Shown: positions 54,568 to 62,014 of the stretch, one piece after another
How positions within the stretch are numbered: position 1 is the first letter of the stretch
Layout: the number at the start of each line of letters is the position of its first letter
Assembly (NCBI GenBank): GCA_026713705.1
Contig: JAPONY010000051.1
Location: 1 to 62,014, forward strand
Source of the DNA: Gammaproteobacteria bacterium
Lineage (GTDB): Bacteria > Pseudomonadota > Gammaproteobacteria > Poriferisulfidales > Poriferisulfidaceae
Direction of reading: 5' to 3'
Length of the DNA: 62,014 bases
Program-made: the position numbers and the translations under genes
Notes under the pieces: model-generated
Told to the model about the DNA's origin: nothing
What the model saw: only the letters and a program-made list of their open reading frames with translations
Databases searched by the model: none

Positions 54568-57500
54568 ATGAATCCGAGCAACGGCAATTCGGCGGAACCA
54601 GGCGGGCCGATCGCCTACATGGCGGGCAACGGTGTTGCCGCCAACCTGTTCATGGCCGCCATCCTGTTCGCCGGCCTCGTGGCGTTGACCGGCCTTGAGC
54701 GAGAAGCCTGGCCCACGCTGCCTTTCAACCAGATTGAAGTTTCCATGGCCTACCCCGGGGCCACTCCCGAGGAAGTCGAAGAATCGATCGTCGTCAAGAT
54801 CGAGGAACAGGTCGAATCGCTGGATGACGTAAAAACGGTCAAATCCATCTCGGCACCAGGCATGGCGTCCGTCAAAATCGAGGTGAAATCGGGCACGGAC
54901 ATCAACCGGACCCTGGACGACATCGAATCGGCCGTCAACCGAATCCAGTCCTTTCCAGTCAGCGCGGAACGCCCTGAAATCAGGGAGCTGACCAACCGGC
55001 AAAGCATGATTCGCCTCATCGTCTACGGTGACGTCTCCGAGCATTCGCTGAAGGAACTGGCCTACCAGATCGAAGACAGCCTTGCCTCGCTTCCCGCCGT
55101 GTCCCAAGTCGAAACCAGCGGCACGCGCAATTACGAGATATCCATCGAAGTGCCCTTGCATCGGCTGCGGGCTCTCGGCCTTACCCTCGGCGACGTCGCG
55201 AATACGATTCGCCGCAGTTCCCTTGATCTATCCGCCGGTCGCATCGAAACCCAAGAGTCCCAGGTACGCGTGCGCACCCTTGGCCAGCGCTATGACCAGC
55301 AGGACTTCGAGGAAATTGTCGTCCTCAGCCGTGATGATGGCACGGTCGTACGTCTCGGCGATATCGCCGAAGTCCACGACGGTTTCGAGGATGTCGACCT
55401 GATCGTCCGGCATCAGGGTCAGCCAGCCGCCTATATCGAGGTCTACCGGGCCGACGGCGAGAAGGTGATGGACGTCGCCACGACGGTACAGCAGCACATT
55501 GCGAATGTGATTACTCCCTCCCTCCCCGGCGGCGTGAAAATCACCATCTGGAACGACGAATCCCAGACCTATGCGGAACGAGTCGATCTTCTCCTCAAGA
55601 ACGGCCTCCTGGGGCTGATGCTCGTCTTCATCGCACTGGCTTTGTTTCTCGAGATCCGGCTCGCCCTGTGGGTGGCCGCCGGTTTGGCCATTTCGGGGAT
55701 CGGCGCCCTGGCAGTCATGCTGGTCCTCGATATTGCAATCAACACCATTTCCCTGTTCGCATTCGTTCTCGCCATCGGCATCGTCGTCGATGACGCGATC
55801 GTCGTGGCAGAGCATATCCACTATGAACGGAAGAAGGGTCGATCGGGTGTGGTCGCCGCGATCCGAGGCGCGCGGCGAATCAAGGTTCCGTTGACTTTTG
55901 CCGTACTCACTTCGGTCGCCGCCTTCATTCCCCTGCTCTTCATTCCCGGAGGCATCGGAGAAATCTGGGGCGCATTGCCGGTCATCCTCATCTCCATGCT
56001 GCTGATTTCGTTGACCGAATCGCTGCTGATCCTTCCGAATCACCTGTCCCATCTGCACGGCCCCGAGTGGTCGCCGACCGGCGCGATCGACCGGTTCTTC
56101 TCGCGAACCCAGAGTCACGTGGACCACCTGCTGCACAAGTTCGTGGAAGGCCCCCTGGACCGGGGGCTGCGATTCGCGACCGGTCAGCCCGCCATCACGC
56201 TCGCGGGCGCCATCGGAATCTTCATCCTCAGCATCTCCCTGCTGCCGGCCGGCATCGTTGCGACGACTTTCGCAGATACGGTGGAGGGCGACTTCGTGAC
56301 GGCCACGCTCGAGATGCCCGACGGAACGACGGCACAGCGGACTTCCGAGGTGGCGGCAGAGCTTGAAGCCGCCGGTTTGCGGGTTATCGAGCGGTTCTCG
56401 CGCGAGCGCCCCGAGGGGGCGCCCTCCCTGCTGTCCGGCTCGACGGTGACCGTCGGCCAGGGTCCGCGAGTCGAAGGCGGAGGGCTTGACCCCAAACTTT
56501 CGCTGAGGCCGGAGGCCAACATCGCGGCCGTCGAATTCAAACTGCTGAGCGCACAGGAGAGGGAGATTTCCACCGGAGACGTCGTGCAGGCATGGCGCGA
56601 CGAGGTCGGCACCCTGCCCTACGTCCGCGGCATCGTCTTCAGTGGTGAAATCATCGACCTGGGGAATCCTGTCGAGGCTGTACTGTCGCATTCAGACCCG
56701 GACCGACTCGGAGAAATCGCAGACGCGGTGGTCAACGGCCTGCGTGGCATCGGAGGCGTCTACGACGTGCGTTCCGACCACACGCCGGGCATCCGGGAAA
56801 TCCAGCTCGAACTGCGACCCGAAGCGCGAACGCTCGGGCTCACCCTCGAGGGGATGGCTCAGCAGGCGCGCGCCGCCTTCTTCGGCGCGGAAGCCTTGCG
56901 TGTGCAGCGAGGCCGGGAGGAAGTCCGGGTTTACGTCCGCCTGCCCGAGGACGAGCGCAATGCCATCACCGACATCGAAAGCTACTTGATTCGAACCCCG
57001 GCCGGAGCCGAGGTCCCGCTCAACCAGGTCGCCCAACTGAATTCAGGCACGTCGCCACCGACGGTCCGGCGCAAGGACGGGCAACGGGTCGTCACGGTCA
57101 CTGCGGATGTCGACGACACCGTGATTTCCGGCAACGAGGCCAACCGGATCCTGGCCGACTCCATCCTCGCGAAACTGGGCGCCTCGGATCCCGGCCTGAC
57201 ATATGCGTTCGGAGGCGAGCAACAGCAGCAGATCGAATCCCTGGATTCGCTCTACCGCGGCTTCGCGATCGCGCTGTTCATGATTTTCGTCCTGCTGGCC
57301 ATCCCTCTTCGCTCCTACACCAAGCCGTTCATTATCATGGCCGTCGTTCCGCTTGGAATCGTCGGCGCGATCATGGGCCACTGGATCCTGGGGATCGCCA
57401 TGGGCGCGGTCTCCTTCATGGGAATTTTTGGCCTCAGCGGCGTGGTGGTGAACGACTCCCTCGTCATGATGGACTTCATCGACCAGCGGCTCCGCGAGGG

Positions 57501-57780
57501 CGACCCGGCGCGAACCGCGATCATCGAGGGTGCCAAGGGACGTTTCCGGCCGATCTTTCTCACCTCCGTCACCACTTTCCTCGGCTTCACGCCCTTGATT
57601 CTTGAGCGCGCCATCCAGGCCCAATTCCTGATTCCCTTTGCCGCCTCGCTGGGTTTCGGCATCATGATTACCACGGCCATGCTGATGTTCGTAGTCCCCG
57701 CGCTCTCCACGATTCACTTGCGAGTGATTTCCCGGCGCGGAAGTCTCGGCTCCCCCGCGCAAGCCCAAACCGCAGGCTAG
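54568..57780 (+). CDS. RND efflux permease (AcrB/AcrD/AcrF family)
   Basis: YPGATPEEVEE, GIVVDDAIVV.E, GVVVNDS and RFRPIFLTS motifs; 1070 aa. Confidence 0.95.
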   Translation: MNPSNGNSAEPGGPIAYMAGNGVAANLFMAAILFAGLVALTGLEREAWPTLPFNQIEVSMAYPGATPEEVEESIVVKIEEQVESLDDVKTVKSISAPGMASVKIEVKSGTDINRTLDDIESAVNRIQSFPVSAERPEIRELTNRQSMIRLIVYGDVSEHSLKELAYQIEDSLASLPAVSQVETSGTRNYEISIEVPLHRLRALGLTLGDVANTIRRSSLDLSAGRIETQESQVRVRTLGQRYDQQDFEEIVVLSRDDGTVVRLGDIAEVHDGFEDVDLIVRHQGQPAAYIEVYRADGEKVMDVATTVQQHIANVITPSLPGGVKITIWNDESQTYAERVDLLLKNGLLGLMLVFIALALFLEIRLALWVAAGLAISGIGALAVMLVLDIAINTISLFAFVLAIGIVVDDAIVVAEHIHYERKKGRSGVVAAIRGARRIKVPLTFAVLTSVAAFIPLLFIPGGIGEIWGALPVILISMLLISLTESLLILPNHLSHLHGPEWSPTGAIDRFFSRTQSHVDHLLHKFVEGPLDRGLRFATGQPAITLAGAIGIFILSISLLPAGIVATTFADTVEGDFVTATLEMPDGTTAQRTSEVAAELEAAGLRVIERFSRERPEGAPSLLSGSTVTVGQGPRVEGGGLDPKLSLRPEANIAAVEFKLLSAQEREISTGDVVQAWRDEVGTLPYVRGIVFSGEIIDLGNPVEAVLSHSDPDRLGEIADAVVNGLRGIGGVYDVRSDHTPGIREIQLELRPEARTLGLTLEGMAQQARAAFFGAEALRVQRGREEVRVYVRLPEDERNAITDIESYLIRTPAGAEVPLNQVAQLNSGTSPPTVRRKDGQRVVTVTADVDDTVISGNEANRILADSILAKLGASDPGLTYAFGGEQQQQIESLDSLYRGFAIALFMIFVLLAIPLRSYTKPFIIMAVVPLGIVGAIMGHWILGIAMGAVSFMGIFGLSGVVVNDSLVMMDFIDQRLREGDPARTAIIEGAKGRFRPIFLTSVTTFLGFTPLILERAIQAQFLIPFAASLGFGIMITTAMLMFVVPALSTIHLRVISRRGSLGSPAQAQTAG

Positions 57781-57850
57781 CGAATCGGTCGGGGTTTCAT
57801 TTTGCGCGCAGGCAGTCGCGCGGACCCTTTTCCGCAAACCGCTCCCTGAC

Positions 57851-59059
57851 TTACTGAACCGCGTCAGTCCCGGTCTGCACCCTCATGCCTTCGGTGGCGA
57901 ACTGGAGGCCGCCAGTGACCACCTGCTGCCCATTTTCGAGAGGCCCCGCAACATAGGCTTCATCGTTGACACGCTGCAGGACATGCACCGGGACAATATG
58001 CACGGCACCGTCGCCGTGAACCACCCAGACTTCATTGCCCGGCTGCAAGGCCGCCCGGGGAACTCGATAATACGCCCCTGAAGTGAGACCTTCGATCGCC
58101 ACTTCCACGAACTTGCCGACTAAAAGCGGCGGGGCCCCGCTGGCCCCGTTCGATGAAACATCCCTGGAGAAAGGGTTCGGCACGCGCACGATCACGTCGA
58201 TCGTTCGCGTCTGCTTATCCAGCGACACTTCCGCCCGGTCCACATAGCCTTCCCAAGTGTGGTTGCCCTCGCCATAGCGGGCAATCACGTGTGCAGGCAC
58301 CTGTTGTTCGGAATCTCCGGCCCGAAGCTCCCACAGTCCGGGAATCAAAGCCGCATTCGCATCGGACAGCGGCACGACCACCTCGACGGCATCCGTGGCG
58401 AAGATACGGCCGACAGCCTGTCCCGCAGTTAAAAATTGTCCCAAATCCACCGATTCGTCTCGCACATAGCCATCAAAGGGTGCCCGAACCTGGGTACGGG
58501 ACAGTGCCAGTTTGGCGTCAGCGACCCGGGCTTCCTCACGATCAAGCGCGGCCTCGGCCGCCTTCAACTGGGGTTCCCGCAGGGTCAGCGGATTCGCCCG
58601 GCGCGCCGAAGACTCTCCCTTGGAGCGCCGGCCGGAGAACTGTTCGTATTCGGTACGGGCAATTTCCGCTTTCTCCCTGGCCTCCAGGAGCTCCACGCGC
58701 TTGGCCTCAAGATCCGCCTCCGCTTCGCGTACGCGGTACAGGTAGTCCTCTTCCTCGATCCGGAAGATCGCCTGATCCGCTTCGACCCGGCCGCCACTCT
58801 GGAAACTCGGGTTGATCCAGACCACCTTGCCGCTGATTTGCGGAATGATGTCGACTTCCGCGCTGGGCCGCACGGTTCCGGCTCCGTACACCGGGATGGA
58901 GCCGTCGCCAAGCACGACGCGGCCGGTCTGCGCAAATGGAATCTGGGGCGGAGGCTCACGCCGCTCGGGCTCGGGCGCCAGTGACACCAATAGGGTCGCC
59001 AACCCGACAGAGGCGGCAATGATGACAACGGCAACCAGGAAACCAGTTCGTCTGCCCAT
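57851..59059 (-). CDS. RND periplasmic adaptor (MFP)
   Basis: N-terminal anchor; PQISGKV, RTQVRAPFDG and TRT motifs. Confidence 0.92.
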   Translation of the reverse strand: MGRRTGFLVAVVIIAASVGLATLLVSLAPEPERREPPPQIPFAQTGRVVLGDGSIPVYGAGTVRPSAEVDIIPQISGKVVWINPSFQSGGRVEADQAIFRIEEEDYLYRVREAEADLEAKRVELLEAREKAEIARTEYEQFSGRRSKGESSARRANPLTLREPQLKAAEAALDREEARVADAKLALSRTQVRAPFDGYVRDESVDLGQFLTAGQAVGRIFATDAVEVVVPLSDANAALIPGLWELRAGDSEQQVPAHVIARYGEGNHTWEGYVDRAEVSLDKQTRTIDVIVRVPNPFSRDVSSNGASGAPPLLVGKFVEVAIEGLTSGAYYRVPRAALQPGNEVWVVHGDGAVHIVPVHVLQRVNDEAYVAGPLENGQQVVTGGLQFATEGMRVQTGTDAVQ

Positions 59060-59116
59060 ACTAATTCGGGGAATTGATTCGGACCAAATCGTCTGCCGCC
59101 TATCCTAGCACCCTGT

Positions 59117-60679
59117 TTAGTCGGCGGATGCCGCTGCGGACTGTGAATCCACCGTACGGGCGGAATTGCCCGGCTGAGACGTCGTTGCTCCGGAAGTCAC
59201 CCACGTACCTCCCAAGGCACGGTGCAGCGTCAGGCGCGCATAACCCAAGTCGCGCTCTGCCGCCGCGAGGGCGGAATTTGCGCTGACGAGAGTCTGCGAG
59301 GCAGTCAAGTAGTCTTCGTAGTCCGCCACCCCGGATTGATATCGCCGTTCCTGATACTCCGCTTCAGCCCGCGCCTCCTCGGCGAAAGATTTCCGCAGGG
59401 TATAGAAGCGATGACGGGTCGCCCATCCGGCCAGGGCGGCCTCGACTTCATTCACCGCAGTGACGACGGCATGTCCATAGGCGGCAACGGCCTCGTTCCA
59501 CCGGTTTTCGGCAAGCGTCACATTTTGCTGCAGGCGGGATCCCTGGAACACCGGGCCCAGCAAGTTCACGGTCAGGTTGCGGAACCATTGGTCGGGGTGG
59601 AACCAATTTTCGAAGTCTGAATTCTGTAGCCCGATGGAACCGCCCAGCGACAAGGACGGCCGCAACTCTGCGCGCCGCACGCCAACCATGTAACGGGCCG
59701 CCTCCATTCTCTGCCTTGCCGCACCCACGTCAGGACGCTGCGTTAAAAGATCCGCCGGGATTCCCGCCGGGACGGGTTCAAGCTCCCCCAAGGACGGCAA
59801 CGTCTCAGGCAGCAGATCCGTCAAGTCCTCACGGAACCCTCCCAGCAGCACCCACAGGCGCGCTTCCGCATCGGCCAGCCGTCCTTCGATGGCCGGCAGT
59901 TCGGTCTCCGCGTCCCACAGGCTTCGGCGCACCCGGTAGAGATCGCGGGCACTGTCCACCCCGCTGTCGTACCGGAACGCGGTCAGTTTTTCGCGTTCCC
60001 TGAAAATCTCCGCGATTTCTTCCGACAGTTCCCATTGGCGCCGCAGATGGGCGATTTCCAAGTACGTGCGCACGGTCTCGGCCACGACCCCGATGCGGGC
60101 AGCGCGGTAATCCCATTCCGAAGCCAGAAGCTCGGCTCCGGCAACACGCGCCTCATTGAGGTTGCGGTCCCAGAAATCGACCTCATAGGAGAAGTCGATG
60201 CTGAAGGTATAGGTCGTCAGGCCAATCCGGTCTGGGAGCTGCAGTTGAAAGTTCTGATCCAACTCGTCCACTTGTGCGCCGATCCCTGCATTCGTCGGCG
60301 CGCTGGTGTCTTCGAGGCCGGCGCTCGGCTGAATCCGTGGAGCCCTGATGGAATCCGCGATTCGCTCTCTTGCCCTCGCCTGCTCCACCCGGGCCACCGC
60401 TTCCGCCAAATCAAAGTTCGAGGTGAGGACGGTCTCGACCATCCGGTTTAAGGCCGGGTCGTTGAATGCATTCCACCATTCCGATGGGGCATATTCGCCA
60501 GATACGGCATCGACCGAGAATTCTTCGGGTAATTGCGCCACCGGCCCAGAAGCCGGAGGAACCAGCGAAGGCGAGCAAGCGGCAACGAGGCAACTGGCCA
60601 AGATCGGAAATACCGCCGCCGGTACGGTGTACCCTCGCGGTCTTATGATTGCAGTCCGAAAATCCGGCATAGATTGCAT
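59117..60679 (-). CDS. Outer-membrane efflux lipoprotein (NodT/OprM family)
   Basis: Lipobox LVAAC; WW.AFNDPAL, YEVDFW, LLTQRPDV and RALGGTW motifs; start uncertain. Confidence 0.92.
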   Translation of the reverse strand: MQSMPDFRTAIIRPRGYTVPAAVFPILASCLVAACSPSLVPPASGPVAQLPEEFSVDAVSGEYAPSEWWNAFNDPALNRMVETVLTSNFDLAEAVARVEQARARERIADSIRAPRIQPSAGLEDTSAPTNAGIGAQVDELDQNFQLQLPDRIGLTTYTFSIDFSYEVDFWDRNLNEARVAGAELLASEWDYRAARIGVVAETVRTYLEIAHLRRQWELSEEIAEIFREREKLTAFRYDSGVDSARDLYRVRRSLWDAETELPAIEGRLADAEARLWVLLGGFREDLTDLLPETLPSLGELEPVPAGIPADLLTQRPDVGAARQRMEAARYMVGVRRAELRPSLSLGGSIGLQNSDFENWFHPDQWFRNLTVNLLGPVFQGSRLQQNVTLAENRWNEAVAAYGHAVVTAVNEVEAALAGWATRHRFYTLRKSFAEEARAEAEYQERRYQSGVADYEDYLTASQTLVSANSALAAAERDLGYARLTLHRALGGTWVTSGATTSQPGNSARTVDSQSAAASAD

Positions 60680-60872
60680 AGGGGGGGCCAGACCGTTCCG
60701 GCTGTCTGAGACCCGATAAATGAGCGGCAAGCTGGCTCTCATCGTGATCTGCATAGCAGCGGCATGCCGTCTGCTCCCCCAAGGTTGGTGGCACTCTATT
60801 ATATGGGTCTGGATTCAACTCGTTACTGCTACAGATTGAAAAACCTCGCACGACACCCTGAATCCCTGGGGT

Positions 60873-60910
60873 TACCTTTCGTATACTTTAGTGTCTACCT
60901 TTGGTATGCT
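60873..60910 (+). promoter_or_regulatory. Direct-repeat operator/promoter of the TA pair
   Basis: TACCTTTCGTATACT (60873-60887) and TACCTTTGGTATGCT (60896-60910) match at 13/15; each ends in a -10-like hexamer. Confidence 0.55.
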
Positions 60911-60932
60911 ATTCGGCAAGACCTGAATCACT

Positions 60933-61346
60933 ATGGGAGATTTCGTTATGCCTGCGACCCACATGACGACAACCAAAATTGACCGCGATTCTCTCGCCAA
61001 ACTTCGCATGCTTGCGGATCGCGAGAAACGTAGCCAGCCTGGCCAACTGGCCGTTTTGATCGACGCTGCGTTTCGGTCAAACCCGGCTGAACTTGCCGAT
61101 CAGGAATTCCTCGGCGGCGTCATGGATTCCCTCGTCGAAAACGCCGAAGCTGGAATGGCCGCCGAGACCGCGATTCAACATGCCAAGGAATTCTCGGCCG
61201 CCGGCCGCATTAGCTGGGGCGAAGAAGACGGGAAGATCATCGGCGTATTGCCCGATGGCTCTCGCTGCGACGTTGACGGCAACGTCTTGAACAAATCACG
61301 GTCTGCCCCGGCACAACCTATCTCTGCGACTGCGGCCGAGTCGTGA
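60933..61346 (+). CDS. Putative ribbon-helix-helix antitoxin
   Basis: TTTKIDRDSLAKLRMLADREKRSQPGQLAVLID is RHH-like; lies upstream of the zeta-like gene; the start may be 60948 or 60963. Confidence 0.6.
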   Translation: MGDFVMPATHMTTTKIDRDSLAKLRMLADREKRSQPGQLAVLIDAAFRSNPAELADQEFLGGVMDSLVENAEAGMAAETAIQHAKEFSAAGRISWGEEDGKIIGVLPDGSRCDVDGNVLNKSRSAPAQPISATAAES

Positions 61347-61379
61347 CCGTCGGCCGTATTCAGGGCGGCCATTAACAAT

Positions 61380-62014
61380 ATGGCTGCTGAGAAGCCCGTA
61401 TTAATCCTCATTTGCGGCATCAATGGTGCGGGGAAAACCACGTTCTACTACGAACAGGTCAAGCCCCTCCTTGATCGGTCCGGGCGCGAGTATCCATTCG
61501 TCAATGCGGACGAAATAGAGGAAGCCAAGTTTCCCAATGAAGTCGGAGAACACGGCCCAGAGATAGGCAAGCTGACCGCTGAAATCCGCGACCAGTACTT
61601 AAAGGCGAGGCAGTCTTTCATCACCGAAACGGTTTTCTCTCATGAGTCGGAAAACCGACTCGTTGAAGATGCCCAAAAAGCCGGATTCGAAGTCATGCTG
61701 AACCATATCCATGTCAATTCCGCGAGACTGGCTTACAAGCGGGTTCGAGATCGGGTCGGCTCCGGCGGCCACGACGTGCACAAAGACAAAATCTTCTCGC
61801 GTTACGACCGCACCGTGGGCAATATCCAAAAAGCGAGCATGGTTGCCGATCGCACCTATGTTTGGGACAACTCCCGCCAATCCGGCCACTCAGGCGTGAT
61901 TTACCGGTTCGTTATGACGATGGCCATGGGCAAAATCATCAGACTTGCGGGCCCCCTACCCGACTGGGCGCATAAGATGTACCGAGCCCAGATCGAAGAC
62001 TTTAATAAAAGACG
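61380..62014 (+). CDS. Zeta-toxin-like P-loop ATPase, incomplete at the window end (absent from the ORF track)
   Basis: Translated by hand: MAAEKPVLILICGINGAGKTT...FVNADEI...FITETVFSHES...RVRDRVGSGGHDV...SRYDR...WDNS; no stop before 62014. Confidence 0.85.
   Translation, partial: MAAEKPVLILICGINGAGKTTFYYEQVKPLLDRSGREYPFVNADEIEEAKFPNEVGEHGPEIGKLTAEIRDQYLKARQSFITETVFSHESENRLVEDAQKAGFEVMLNHIHVNSARLAYKRVRDRVGSGGHDVHKDKIFSRYDRTVGNIQKASMVADRTYVWDNSRQSGHSGVIYRFVMTMAMGKIIRLAGPLPDWAHKMYRAQIEDFNKR

Overview
A chromosomal segment, probably gammaproteobacterial (inferred from the tmRNA tag ANDDNYALAA and gene orders such as coaBC-dut-algC and guaB-guaA-tadA). It alternates housekeeping blocks with small accessory and defence islands. 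Left to right: a 5'-truncated three-Cys-motif-partner (TcmP-like) gene and two orphans; a tetrahydromethanopterin (H4MPT) C1-transfer cluster (mptG-mtdB-orfY-mch-orf5-orf7-fae); purL; tmRNA with a PaeR7I/XhoI-like type II R-M pair abutting its 3' end; fdxA-addB with no adjacent addA; udg-leuA; a Liv-type ABC transporter led by an acyl-CoA-synthetase-like gene with degenerate motifs; guaB-guaA-tadA; ubiA; an orphan coiled-coil gene; bioB-bioF-coaBC-dut-algC-arsC-rraA; ilvI-ilvH-ilvC-pssA; a defence operon; a decayed AbrB/PIN toxin-antitoxin (TA) pair; an RND efflux system with the permease gene facing MFP/OMF; and an RHH/zeta-like TA pair running off the window end. The best candidate for an undescribed system is the tightly coupled five-gene minus-strand operon at 44879-53999: Mod methyltransferase, small unknown protein, ABC-ATPase-TOPRIM fusion (OLD/PARIS-like), type III-like Res helicase-nuclease, and a HEPN-like protein. 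It looks like a restriction system with embedded guard or abortive-infection effectors. All family calls come from reading motifs by eye; no database searches were run.
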